Shown: one piece after another, positions 1 to 46,724 of the stretch | How positions within the stretch are numbered: position 1 is the first letter of the stretch | Layout: every line of letters begins with the position of its first letter | Assembly (NCBI RefSeq): GCF_009914755.1 | Contig: NC_060938.1 | DNA length: 64,000 bases | Reading direction: 5' to 3' (one strand) | Source: the human T2T-CHM13v2.0 reference genome, Homo sapiens | Position numbers and translations under genes: made by a program | Notes under the pieces: generated by a model | What the model was told of the DNA's origin: nothing | What the model saw: only the letters and a program-made list of their open reading frames with translations | Database searches by the model: none

Positions 1-411
1 ATCCCTTCTTGTCAGTTCCCAGCCCCCACCCCCACCTATGGGCCACACCCCAGGGGCACCACAAACCTAGTGCCTTCACGAGGCCACAGCAACCCGGGGC
101 TGTGCCCCTGCCTCCACCACATCCCTGATGGCGCCCTGACCTGTGCTGGCACACTTCTTACATCTTCCCCTGCCCCTACTGCCCTTCCATCACCCAGCAG
201 CACCCATCCATGTCCCCCACCCCCTCTGCGGCCTCAGGGCACCAAAACACTGCACGTCCTTCCTGTGCCTGGCCATGGCCTCCACCAGCCACACTGTGCC
301 ATGGCCACACCCACTGCTCTGCACACCCACCCACCATGTTCCAGAACATTCCCTCCCCTCTCCGGGCATGTCTCCACCCCAGTCTCACCCGACCCCCTTG
401 GTATCCATTCA

Positions 412-24345
<23,934 letters not shown>

Positions 24346-27300
24346 TGCCCCCGCGACCCGCCCGCCCGGCCCCGCCGCCGCCGCCCGCGCCCGGCTCCCA
24401 GCCGCCGCGCCGGCCTCCCAGCGCCCGCCCGCCCTCCGAGCGCCCGCAGAGGCAGCGGCAGCGGCAGAGGCGGCGGCGGCGGCGGCGCGGGCGGGGTCGA
24501 GCGCAGCGCCGCGGCGCGCGGGCCTGGGCGGCGGGCGTGCAGGGGCGGCGGCAGCTCCGGCTCGCTGGCGGCCGCGCTCCGGCTGCCCGGCCCGGCTCCC
24601 ACCCGGCGGCGACGGCGGCGGCGGTGAAGGCAGCGGGTCCCGGCCTCGGCTCTGCGCGCCCGCGCTCCCGGCACCGCAGCCAACAAGTTCGGAACGAGAC
24701 TGACAGCTCGCTCGCCCATTCGTCACCCGCGCACCTGCATATGCATGAGGGGGCGGGGCCGCGCCGCGGGGTGGGGCCGGGGGGGGGTCCGGGGGCGCCC
24801 CAGGCTTTAAAGGCGGTGGAGGGCGTCGCCTGCCAGCGCCCCGGCCCGGCGCGCGCCCCCCAGGGCGCCCGGGCGGCGGGGGCACGGGGCCTCGGGGTCA
24901 GCGCGGGCCGCGGGGGCCCCGCTCACACCTCCGCGTGAGTCGGCGAGGCGTGCGCCGGCGCCGCAAAGCTGCCTCCCCTCCTCCGCCTGGGCTCCTGCCG
25001 GGTGTCAGAAACCGGGGGTGGGGCGCCCCGAGGTTGCCGTGTGGTCCCCTCCCATCAGTGCGCCACCGCCGCGCTCCTCGCAGTCCCAGAGGAGATGCCG
25101 CCTCCTACTCTGATCAGGGCTCGGCCCCCACGCGGGGTGGCGCGGCCCTGGGGCCAGAGCCGGGCCCAGCCCCTACTGCGCGCCCCCCACCTCCTCCGAG
25201 AATCTCCCCTTCTCCGCGCCGCTCCTACCGCCTCCACGCCGGCTGCAGGGGGCGCTGCGCCCCTCCGACGCCCCTGCCTTCCCCTCTGCGAGGCGCGCTG
25301 GTCAAGCAGCCAGTCAACAAATGCTCCAGGGTGCAGACTGCTCAGCTCGGCGCTGGCGTCGAGGTAGCCAGGCCATGCCCTCAGGAAATGCTCAGGCCAC
25401 ATTCCCCGTTTCCCGCCTCTCGCCCCCCAAACTCAGGTCTGGGCTTGGGGGGCGAGAGGCGGGAAATGGGGAACAAAAGTCGGCAGTGCCTGTCCCTGAA
25501 GGCTACCCCGAGAGAGGCCTCCCACTGCTGCCCTGGTCACCAGGCTTCCACACCCCATCCTCTGCGGTCACCTCCTTGCCCTCTCCCTGGGTGACCTCGC
25601 AGCTCCTCCACAGGGTCAAAACCAATGGCACCTTCCTCTCCTCCAGTGAGCACGGTCCTTTCCAGAGCTAGGGGTCACCTTGGTGGTTAAAGATCCCCAC
25701 ATGGTCCAGAGGGGTCCTCAACCCATCCCCATGATAACTGAGCTGTCTTCTCTCCCCCTAGCTCCTCTCGCAAATTTGCCCTGTGCCCGGAGCTGGGTGG
25801 CTGTGCAGCCCCCCAGCCTGGAGCAAGTCACTGCCACCATGCTGCTGGGGCTGAGGGCTGAAGGAAGAGAGCTTTGGAGGCACAGGGCCTGTGAACACCC
25901 CATGCGCAGGGTCTGCCTGCTCCATCCCTGTTTAGCAGCTCCTCCAGGATCCAGGCCGCAGGCTCAGCTGAAGGTCCCTAAAGGGGTGGGTGGGAGCCCC
26001 CCATGCCCACCTCAGCTGGCTCTGCTCAGAGTGCCCACCCCAAACTTGGTGGTGGGTAGGCTTCGTGGGGATTAAGACACAAGCCAGGATGAGGCCCGCA
26101 CAGAGACCCCCACCAAACAAGAGAATCCAAGCAGTGTTCAGAGCCTTCCAGTTGCCGCCTTCCGGTGTGTGGGCAGTGATTACCGCCTACGGGGGGAGGG
26201 GCTCCCTGTGGAGATGCCACCTCTCCTGTGCTTTGGCCTGGGGGCAGGTACTCGGGTACTCAAGAGAGGGAAGCCCCAGGACAGAGAAGCCCCCTGCCCG
26301 GCTCCAGAGGCCCAGGGCTCCATCCCCACCTGCGCCCACTGCCCCACTATGGTGGGGGAGGGGGTGCTGGGTGCCTCTGCTGGGCACTTGGCCAAGTGGT
26401 GAACAAGGGAGACTCCGCCCCTGCACACCCTCAGGAGCCCCCAGCCCGGGGGTGGACAGAGGACTTAGACAAGTCATACAGAAGCTGGCATAGGGGGCCG
26501 CCAGAGCGTGGACGGGCATGGGTCAGCCAGACCTCACGATGTCCATGAGAGCACCCAGGTCAGGAAGGTGGCCGCACCTGCCCTTAGGAAGGAGGGGGAC
26601 ATAGGAGGCATCGGAGAGGGGGTCCCTTCCCTGCAGGAATTTCAGCAGCCCTTGAGCCAGAAATGCCAGGCAGCTGGACCCTGGTTTGAGTTTCCAGAAG
26701 GCAGCAGTGGGAACCCTTGCCCCTCATACATATTTCACAAAACGCATTTGCCCCCTGCTGCACCTTGCTGGGGTGAGGGGCTGAGATCAGTGGCGGCCAG
26801 GGCTCCAGCCCCAACCCTCACCAGACCAGGCTACCTGGTCTCTTCCAGTAAGGGACCTCGTCATTGTTCTGGGGCCCACTGGACCACAGCACCCTCCAGC
26901 CTCCCAGAGCCACCCGTCCCCCAGCCTGGAGGGCTCCCACTCTGAGCGCTGGGCGGTGCCCAGCTTGTATGCAGAGGGCAAGGGTGCAGCTGCTCAGCCT
27001 GGCCAGGGGCTCTGGGCCCATAGGGCAGTCCTGGGGACCAGGCTGAGGACGGGCTGCCAGGGGTTTGGACAGAGCCGGCGAGGCTCCAGAGTAAGCTGTG
27101 CTTCCGCTGGGTCCTGCAGTGCTAAATATAGCAGACGGGGAGGGGAGTTTCCGGTTACAACCCCCCCTCCAGTGCCGGGAAATCAATGCCAGCTCCATTA
27201 GGCCCGGCAGCACTGCCTGCTGACCCACCCCATCGGGCTGCGGAGCAAAGTGAGGGGCTGGACTACACCCAGGTCCGGGTGCCCTGTCACCTGTCCCCTC

Positions 27301-28879
27301 AGTGCTTCAGGGGCCAGACCCACCTGGTGCCTGCAAGAGGTCCCTCTGAGGTAGTGGGAGGCCTCTGCTGGTCAACCCGGAGGGCCCATCGCACTCTCGT
27401 GGTGTCACCAGGCAGGCTGCTGGTAAGGGCAGCACAGCAAGGCTGCTGTGGGTCAGGCAGAGCTCCTGTCCTGTGAATGTCCTGCTGGGGCCTCATCTGG
27501 GTAGAGTGAAGCTGAGGCTGGCCAAGACCCGCACACCCCATACCTGGCAGCCCCTCCCTGGCACACACCCCATACCTGACAGCCCCTCCCCGGCAGCCCT
27601 GTCGCTGGCCTTGCTGATGCCCACAGGGCCCCACCTGGGCCACAGCCAGCATTTGCATACAGGTGGCACTGCTTTTGTGGGCCCCTGAGGCACAGCCTCC
27701 TCAGGACAGCCTCCAATGCCAGGCTGTCCAGCACTGTGCTGGATGACAACAGGGGGTCAGTCTCCACCTCCCTGCCCAGGGTTCCACCCTGCAGGGTACT
27801 GAGGTTCCCTTCACTTCACTGTCCCCTTCTCTACTTTCCTCCTGGGAGCCACAGCCTGGACCTAATGATGTCCAGGAGCGGATCGATCCTGCCGCAGACT
27901 GATGGCCCAGCAGTGCCCTCGAATGCCCACAACCAGTGCCAACACACCCATTCACCTGCAGAACCCTTACTGTGCACCTGTGGCCCAGGAAGCAGACCAG
28001 GCGAGCTGGGTCCCCTCCTGCCTCACAAGCATTCTGGGCACCTGGGGAGCAGCTCTGAGCTGCACGCATCTCCCACAGCCCCACCCTCAGGACAGGTCAG
28101 AAGGCAAGGCCAGGGCATACAGGCCAGAGATGCTCAGGGGCCAGTAGAGCCTGGTGCTGGGCGGCCCAGGCTGAGGCCGTGCCCCGGGACCAGGACCGGG
28201 CTGGCACCAGGAACCTGGCCCATGTCAAGACCACTGGCCTTGTGTCCCCACCCTGTGCCGCCACCTGCTCCTCTTGGAGCAAGCCTGCAGACATTTCTGC
28301 ATACCCCACAGGCCGAGGAAGGTCCCTTGGAAAACTTCCAAGGCTGGGGGTGCACGGATCAGCTACTGGGGCCCCCGACACAGGGCAGCTTTGGCTCCGG
28401 GCTCCTGTGGAGTGGCTCTAGCCCAGCCCCAGTCAGGGTGGGGACCCCTCACTTGCCCCAGGAGCAGGGAACATACTTTCCCTGCAGCGTGCAGCCTGCA
28501 GTGCTGCCCACCCCATCCCAACTCCTGAGGACTGGCTCAGCCACCACTCTCGTGAGCACAGCTCATGCTGCAGCCCCGTGACCAGCAGGCCCACCCCCAG
28601 GCCTGCCATGCCACCCTCCATGAGTCCCAGACCCCACCCCTCCCAGCTCCAAGAGGAGGCACAGCCTGGCCCTGCCCATGGCATCCCCAGGCCTGTCCTC
28701 AGCCCCACAGCAACCACCTGCATGGCCTGCCACCAGCTACTCCTCCTACAGGAGAGCTCGCCGTGTCCCGAGGGCCATCTCAGGTCAGGGTCACTGCTTC
28801 CCGCCCCTTCCCCAGTCCTCTCCAAGGCCCTGGTCACAGAGCTCAGAACCAGCAGGCAGAAGCTGGAGCTATGCAAGCC

Positions 28880-28885
28880 TTTATT
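28880..28885 (-). terminator. NUDT14 polyadenylation signal AATAAA
   Basis: TTTATT on the + strand about 60 nt after the stop codon. Confidence 0.85.
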
Positions 28886-28945
28886 GGGGTCCGCGGGGTG
28901 TGGGGTGAGTGGCCAAGACTGGCCTCTGTCTAGAACCCTGGAGTC

Positions 28946-37600
<8,655 letters not shown>

Positions 37601-38087
37601 GGGCAGCCCCCCAGGGAGGGAGGGACTGTGGGCCCAGGAAGAAAATCACAGGAGACCAAAGAGAGAGGGCCCTGGAAGGAAGCTAGGGGAGAGGAGAGTA
37701 GGGAGCTGGAGGGGCCAGAGCTTGGGCCGAGGGGGCCTCCCCTCGAGGTTCCTGGTGGCGAGGGTGGCTGGGAGCTGCCACGCTGTCTCTGGAGCTGTCC
37801 CTCCTCCACTCAAAAGCCAGCTGCCCTTCCCTCCCCCTGCAAGTCCTACCTTGATGACGGCCCTTCCTGGGTGTGGGAGGGTCCCAGGCAGCTTCAGTGC
37901 TTCCTTGGGCATGGATTCCAAGGACCCCCTCCAAATGCCACCACGGCCTCCACGGGGGCAGGAAACAATATTGAGGCCCACACTGGCCCTGAACCCTGAC
38001 CTGCACCTGCTTTCTGAACTATGGCCCAGGGGACATGCTCAGGGTGGACTGGCCATGTGAGCTTGAAATCGACTCCCAGTTCCCTGT

Positions 38088-38590
38088 TAACTATTGCCGT
38101 GTAACAAAACACTCCTCCAAAGCTTAGTGCCTTAAAGCACCCCGTTATCGCCTGGCCTGTGGATCGCCCAGCTCAGCCAGGCAGCCCTGTCTTGGGGTCT
38201 CTCTGCAGTTGTAATCAGGTGGCAGCTGGGGCTGGAGTCGTCTGAAGGCCAAACGGGGTGGACCGTCCAGGATGGCCTCTTCGCCCCCGCCCTCAGTTGG
38301 GTGGCTGGAACAGCTAGGGCCGGCTGGCCTCCCATGTGGCTGGCGTGGGCTTCCCTGCAGCATGGTGGTCTTGGGGTAGTTGGATTCTCCCGTGGCAGCT
38401 GGCTCCCTCCAGAGCACGTTCACCAGGCCAGGCCAAGCTGCCAGGCTTTGTGTGACCCGGCCTCAGATGTCATATGGTGTCATTCCTGGGGCATCCTGTG
38501 GGTCAGAAAGTCCTGGGCCACCGGCAGATTCCAGGGGAGGGACATCACCAGGTGGGAACGCTGGGGAGCACGGTCATGAAGCCAGCATCC
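38088..38590. mobile_element. Ancient MaLR LTR (MLT1-family) relic
   Basis: TATTGCCGTGTAACAAAACAC...CTTAGTGCCTTAAA...GGCTGGAGTCGTCTGAAGGC resembles MLT1 LTRs; subfamily not determined. Confidence 0.6.
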
Positions 38591-38989
38591 AAGTCCAGCT
38601 GTCACCGCCCCAGTAGCTCTACAGGGGCCTGTGTCTCCCTGCTTTAGCCATTCCGCCTGGTGTCCCGGAAGCCAGAGCGCCCAGCCCAGAAGCTGGCCCC
38701 ACCCTACCCCACAGCCAGGCAGGCCTCTTCCTCCGGTGCACGAGGGGCCCAGGGTAAGCGCGCACCCTGGCATGTCGCGTGCAGGCTCCTTCCTGCCCGT
38801 GGTTGCATGGAAAATGAGGATGAGTCTCAGCTTCCAGCAGCAGCAGCCCCGGGACAGGCAGAGGCAACAGGAGCCCCATCAAGGAGCCCCTGGGAGAGCC
38901 AGCAGCTCCTCAAAGCACCGTGCTCCTCAGACTCACTCGGGTCCAGGTGTCTGGCAGTGCAGACTGCAGAGCTGAGTGCCTGAAAATAT

Positions 38990-39925
<936 letters not shown>

Positions 39926-39929
39926 ACAA

Positions 39930-40053
39930 ATTTTATTTAGAGATAGGGTCTCATGATGTGGCTCAGGCTGGACTTGAACTCCTGGCCCCAAGCAATTCCC
40001 CCACCTCGGCCTGCTGAGTAGCTGGGACTACAGGTTCACACTACCATGCCTGG
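39930..40053 (-). mobile_element. Alu monomer (FLAM/AluJ-like)
   Basis: AGAGATAGGGTCTC...GAACTCCTGG...GTAGCTGGGACTACAGG. Confidence 0.8.
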
Positions 40054-40904
40054 CTCGGTTCAATTTTTTTTTTTTAAAAAAAGGAAAAACCAGTGTCACT
40101 GAGGCTATTCAGGAACATTCCATGCTGTCTATGACCACAAGGCCACTGCCCACACGTGGAGCTGAGGACAGGGCAAGTGAGGCCTGCTGTCCCTCCGAGA
40201 TGGAAAGGGAGAAAAGGCAGAAGCAGCCCAGGCACTTTACCAGTTCCTGCTGTGCACTGGGGTGGCTCGAACAGGTGATTCGGGGCAGGCCTGATGTCAC
40301 AAGAAGTTAGGACAGGCATGCCAAGAGGCAGAGGACAGCCTCCCCGAGGACACGACACTCCCCAGAAACCCGAAGATCCAAGGCAGGAGAAAGGAAGCTG
40401 TCCTGGCAGGAGGAGACCGAGGCCAGAAGAGGCGTTGTGGCCCTGGGGGCAGCTCCCTTGGCCTGTGCTTGGCACATCCCCTGGGGCCACTGGAAGTCTC
40501 GGAGGGGTTGGGCAGGGCAGGTGGTCAGATGCCCCTCTGGGAGGTCACCGTGGCTGCCTGGGGCCGGGGGAGGAGGAGACTGGTCCGAGGGCCTTTGGCT
40601 GTTGTCCAGAGTGGTGGCTGTGCAGAGGATGGCTTCGTTCCCCATGGAAGCAGGTGCAGGAGGAGGAGGAGGAGCTTGATTTGGGGAGGGGCTCCAGGAG
40701 GGGGAATGAGAGGACTCCGTGTGGCCAGGTGGCCTGAGAGCCACAGTGGAGAGCTCTGAAAAGCCACCTCTGGCTTTGGCAGTGTGGAGGCTTCAAAGAC
40801 CCTGCTGAGCATAGTGGCAGAGGCCCCTGCAGATGCCCTGTAGCGGGGCCAGAGGGCATGTGGGGTGAGAGCACCAGTGTCAGCTCCCCAGGGCTGCCAA
40901 GACA

Positions 40905-41345
40905 AACCACTGCCAACCCAGCAGCTGGGAACAGCACGGCCATGGCCTTCCAGCCCTGGGGGACGGGTGTCCAAAACGCATCCCACCGGGTGAAGGTCAA
41001 GGGTCACAGGGCGGCTCCTTCTGGGGGCTCCAGGGGAAGATCCATTCCTTGTCTTCTCCAGCTTCCGGAGGCGGCCCCCGCCCCCTCCTCACCTTCAAGG
41101 CCAGCAGAGCGCCCCTCCGTCCTCCCCCGACTCTGCCTCCGTCCTCGCGTCTCCACCCTCCTGCTCCCTCTTCTGAGGTCCTTGTGACCACAATTTAGGG
41201 CCCCCCCGGGTCATCCGGGGCCATCCGGGGCCATCTCCCACCTCGGGTCCTTCTGTTAGTCAAACCTGCTAAGTCCCCTTTGCCACAGAAGGTCCATACT
41301 CGCAGGTTCTGGGGATCCAGGTGTGGACTCTGGGGAGGATGCGTC
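40905..41345. mobile_element. MaLR LTR (MLT1C/D-like) relic
   Basis: GGCTCCAGGGGAAGATCCATTCCTTGTCTTCTCCAGCTTC and AAGTCCCCTTTGCCA...CAGGTTCTGGGGAT resemble MLT1 LTR consensus. Confidence 0.65.
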
Positions 41346-42083
41346 GGGAGGGCATCACCACCAGGGCAGGACCCTGTGGCGCCAGGATCTGCAGCCTGGG
41401 GCCTCGCCCCGCAGCAAGTGGGCGGGTTTCTTGCAGGACACCTAGGAGACCGCTGTGGGCTTCTGTCCCCCTTCCTCTGTAAGGGGAGTGAGGCAAGGGC
41501 CCCTGCCAAGGATGAGATGGGAGGGGAGGGAGGCGAAGTGGCCCCTGTTGGCAGGGGGCTTGGGTGCGGGCTCCGAGGGGGCCTGGGGAGCAAGGCTTCC
41601 TGGTGGCACCGGGCTGGGGATGCTCCTGGGCCATGCTGGAGGCAGGGCAGGTACAAGGGGGGCCCCTGGGCTCCTCCATGGCTCAGCTCCTTCCCAGTAA
41701 GGTCACAGGCAGCAGGTGGATTGGAGAGTTGAGGACACTGAGCAGGGAGCTACAGGCATGACAGAGCCCAGGTGGGGGTGCGGGGGGTGGGGAGGACGTG
41801 GGGGAGTCAGGGGCGGGAGGGGTGCAGGAAAGCCAGGGGCGGGGATTCCGAGGTAAGTGCAGAGGGAGTGTCCCGAGAGAGGCTGAGTTGAGGGGAAGCT
41901 GGAGGAGGATCAGGATGGGGGGTCAGGAGGTCGGGGGTGTGGGGCACAGAAGTCCACTGGGTGTGGGCAGGAGTTGAGTGCAGAGTGCTCATAAGTGAGC
42001 AGAGTGGTGGGCTCCAGGACTGGCAGTGGGGTGCTGGGGGGATACAGCAGAGACCACACCCGGAGGAGCAGCAGGGGGCTGGG

Positions 42084-42085
<2 letters not shown>

Positions 42086-42119
<34 letters not shown>

Positions 42120-42968
42120 CTGTGCATCTCTGTGTGTCTGTGTGTGTAATGGAGAGAAGCAGTATGTGTGTGTGTGGAGGTGTGTGTGGGGGGCTGTGTG
42201 TGGGGGGTGTACATGAGTGTGTGGGGGGTATGTGTGTGAGTGTGGGGGAGTATGTGGGGGGGTGTGTGGGAGTGAATGTGGGGGTATGTGTGTGGGGGGG
42301 TGTGTGTGTATGGGGTGTGTGTGTGGGGTATGTGAGTGGGTGTGGGGGTATGTGTGTGGGGGGGTATGTGTGTGAGTGTGGGGGAGTATGTGGGGGGGTG
42401 TGTGGGAGTGAATGTGGGGGTATGTGTGTGGGGGGGTGTGTGTGTATGGGGTGTGTGTGTGGGGTATGTGAGTGGGTGTGGGGGTATGTGTGGGTGTGTA
42501 TAGGGGGTGTGTGGGAGGTGTGTGTGTGGGCTGTGTGTGTGGGGGTATCTTTGTGGGGGGTATGGGGGGTGTGGGGGGTGTGTGTGTGTGAGTGTGGGGG
42601 GTATGTGTGTGGGGCGTATGTGTATGGGGGTATGTGTGTGTGAGTGTGGGGGGTATGTGTGTGGGGTGTATGTGTATGGGTGTGTGTGTGAGAGTGTGGG
42701 GGTATGTGTGTAGGGGGTATGTGTGTGGGGGTGAGTGTGTGGGTGTGTGTGGGTGTGTATAGGGGGTGTGTGGGAGGTGTGTGTGTGTGTGTGGGTATGT
42801 GTGTGGGGGTATGTGTGGGGGGTATGTTTGTGGGGGGGTGGGGGGTATGTGTGTGGGGGGATATGTATATGTGGGGGTGTGTATAGGGGGTGTGTGTGTG
42901 GGGGTATGTGTGCGTGTGTGTGAGTGTGGGGGGGTATGTGTGGGGGGTGTGTGTGTGAGTGTGTGTGC
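42086..42968. repeat. ~880-bp TG/G-rich simple repeat tract
   Basis: Pure (GT)~15 at the start, then (TG)n/GGGG/TATG mosaics with an internal ~125-bp duplication. Confidence 0.93.
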
Positions 42969-43214
42969 AGCCAAGCTTCTGCACTGAGTAGGAATAGGGC
43001 GGCTTCACTAAGCAAAGGGGCTGAGCAGGTTGGAGCACCTGCAACCCAGGAGTGCGCTGCAGAAGAGGCTGAGTACACAAAGGCTTCCTCCCAGGCTGAA
43101 GGTCCTGCCTTCGTGAGGTGCTTGGCAGGGAGAGCCTGGGAACTGCTGTTTTTTCTGGGCATCTGGAAAAGCCTTTTCTTTTCACCTATGATAGGGAGTT
43201 TTGGTGATGATAGG

Positions 43215-43537
43215 TTGTTTTTTGTTTTTCTTTTTTTGGTGGGGGTGTTGTTTTTGTTTTAGACAGGGTCTCACCCTTGCCCAGGCTGGAGTGCAGCGGT
43301 GCAATCTTGATTCACTGCAGCCTGGACCTCCTGTGCTCAAGTGATCCTCCCACCTCAGCCTCCTAAGTAGTGAGGACTACAGGTGTGCGCCCCTATGCCC
43401 AGCCAATTTTTTATATTTTTTGTAGAGATGAGGTCTCGCTATGTTGCCCAGGCTGGTCTCAAACTCCTAGGTTCAAGCAGTCCTCCCTCCTTGGCCCCCA
43501 CAAAGTGCTATCAAGGCGTGAGCCAGTGACCCAGCCT
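43215..43537 (-). mobile_element. Alu (AluJ-like)
   Basis: T-rich tail, AGACAGGGTCTCAC...CTCAAGTGATCCTCCCACCTCAGCC. Confidence 0.9.
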
Positions 43538-44134
43538 GTTTTGCATGTCCTAAGCTATATTATCTTTTGTCTTGCCTAATCTCACAGTGGGCTCAACCTC
43601 ACCCTGTCAGCTGAAAGTCTCAAGAGAAGAGAACTGAACAGAGCCTGGGGTCAAGGTGTCTTCAGCCTCCCGGGGACTTCACAGGAGCCATTCAGGGCCA
43701 TCAGTGGGTGGGGACTAGAGGATTCTAAGGATACCCAGGTCCCCACAGTCAGGGCGTGTGACGAGGCTGGCAGGGGCTGCTCTGCAGTTCTGCTTGTAAC
43801 CCCCCAGCGCCTCGCCACCGTCTCCCAGGTCCCAGGCATGAGTCAGAGCAGGTGCGGTGGAGAAGCAGCATCCTAGCTGCACCACGGGCGCCACCTGCTG
43901 TCACACCCTCTACTCTCAACGGCCAGCTCCCACGTGGGCACAGCTGGCCTCCAGACACCTCCCTTCACAGCCCTCTGAAGGCTCCCTCCCCCTGCTCTGG
44001 TGGAGCCCATCCTGCAGCCACTTCCTGCGACAGGGTGCGTGGAAGACACATTTTGAGCACCGTGCCTATCTGAGAATGTCTATTACACTCTCATCCTTGA
44101 ATGATAGCTGGGCTGGGTATAGAAGTCTAGGCTA

Positions 44135-44423
<289 letters not shown>

Positions 44424-45192
44424 GAAGTCTAGGCTGGAAGTCACTTTCCTCCAGCATTTTGCAGGCATTGCTTCATCGTCTGTCTGTCTCCAGGGGCTGC
44501 TTCCACTTCTCAGGCCATTCTGAGGCCCGTTTGAAGACGTAACATGTGTCCATGTGGAGAATGTTCTGTTTGCCCTGTTCGCGGTGTTTTCCACATTGTC
44601 GCGTCTTGGCTTGGGGATGCTTGAGCTGGCAGTTTCTGAAAGACGAGTTAGAGATAAAACTGAAATAGGAGGCGACATCTAGGATCGACTTCAAAATAAT
44701 CACGTCGGGAGAGGGAAAGGAGACGGCAGAACTGGCCCCACGCTGAAGACCACTGAGGCCTTCTCAAAAAAAAAAAAAGGGGGGGGCATAGTGTAGAGAG
44801 GTGGTGTGGGAACCGGAGCCGGCCCAGAATGGTGGTGGGGCACGTCACTCACTCCTGTGGCTTCTGCCGCCGAGTGTGGTAGAAACTATGAGAGCGGGGG
44901 TGGTCCGCACACTGTGTCTGCCACAGGCCCGTAATGAGCCGTGGCCGGATCCAGGATGTAACCCAACAGCAGATCCAAGAAGAGTTCAACATGAAGGAAA
45001 CAGGAGAGCCAGAGATATTCCCCAGGTTTTCTGGCCCAAGCACCTGGGAGGTGGGCCCACCTGGAGCAAGGGCAGATGTGGTTTGTTTGTTGTGGAGCTG
45101 GGTGGAGTGCGAGGCGTCCTTGGGAAACTGGGTATTCACATGCAAAAGGAGGAAGCTGGATCTTCACCAACCACCCTAATCACCCTAACTCG

Positions 45193-45324
45193 GGCCAGGT
45201 GTGGTGGTACACGTCTGTAGTCCCAGCACCCTGGCAGACCAAGGTAGAGGCTGCAGTGAGCAGCGATCATGCCACTGCACTCCAGCCTGAGCCACAGAAC
45301 GAGACCTTGTCTCTAAAAAAAAAA
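45193..45324 (+). mobile_element. Truncated Alu right-arm monomer
   Basis: GGCCAGGTGTGGTGG...GAGGCTGCAGTGAGC...CACTGCACTCCAGCCTG, polyA. Confidence 0.8.
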
Positions 45325-45901
45325 TAGATTAACTCAAAATGGATGAAAGACCTAAATACAAGAGCTACATCCATAAAACTCTGAGAAGAAACAGAGGAAA
45401 AGCTCCAACACATTCCGTTTGATAGTGGCTTTTTTGGGTATGACACCAAAGGTACAGGCAACAAGATAATAAATAGACAAATTGGGCTTTATGAAAATTT
45501 AAAACTTGTACCTAAAACAGCTGAAGTCCATCGATGGAGAAATGGATAAGCAAAGTGTGATATATACATACAGCGGAATATTACTTAGCTTTAAAAAGGA
45601 AGGAGATTCTGACTCATGGGTGACCCTTGATGACATTATGCTGAGTGAAATACACCAGTCCCAAAAAAGACAGATCCTGCCCAAGTCCACTTATAGGAGA
45701 TCCTAGAGGAGTCGAAGGTATAAAGACAGAAAGTGGGGTGGTGGCGCCAGGGGCTGGGGAGCATGGACGGGGGCACTGGTGTTGAATGGGAACCGCTTCA
45801 GTTTTGGACAATGAAGGGCTCTGGAAATGATAGTGGCAAAAGTTGTGCGCCATCAATGTTCCTTCACAATCCTGAGCTGTTTACTTAGAAATGGTCAAGA
45901 T

Positions 45902-46187
<286 letters not shown>

Positions 46188-46589
46188 GATGGTAAATGTT
46201 GTTATTGCATGTTTTAACACAATATAAAACACACAAGCACTGTTGGCCATGGTTGACTCTGGTAGGGAATGCACTGTTCACTGCATACTTTTAGGTGCTA
46301 TTTAAATTTTACCATGGCATGTATTACTCTTTCAATTTAAAAAACTTTTAAAAAGTGGTTACCATGGTACATTTTACATTGTGTATCTTTTACTACGATG
46401 AAAACAAATTGGAAAACTTTGTGAAGTGTCACTGGCTATGTACACGAAAGCTGGAGCGTGTGAGTCGACCCCTGCAGGTGGGGAGGGCCCTGAATCAGTG
46501 CTCCAGGGGCCTCCCTGGGTGAGAAGGGCTGGGGAGCCCATAGGAAAGGTGGAAGGTCCCCCAGGCAGAACCCGGGAGCAGCAGCAGAG

Positions 46590-46724
46590 GTCGCTGAGCA
46601 ATGGGGAGGGGGTTGCTGAGCGATGGGGAGGGGGACACTGAGCAATGTGGAGGGGGACACTGAGCGATGGGGAGGGGGTCGCTGAGTGATGGGGAGGGGG
46701 TCGCTGAGCGATGGGGAGGGGGAC
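46590..46724. repeat. 22-23-bp G-rich tandem repeat
   Basis: About 6 copies of CTGAGCGATGGGGAGGGGG(TCG/ACA). Confidence 0.88.

Noticed and set aside
24346-24885. Leader open in frame with JAG2 for ~180 codons (possible non-AUG poly-Ala N-terminal extension)
   Set aside because: Stops are expected to be rare in such GC-rich CpG-island DNA, there is no in-frame AUG, and an extension would displace the signal peptide
41807-43185. 350-450-aa His/Thr/Pro-rich ORFs
   Set aside because: Translation of a (CA)n/C-rich simple repeat
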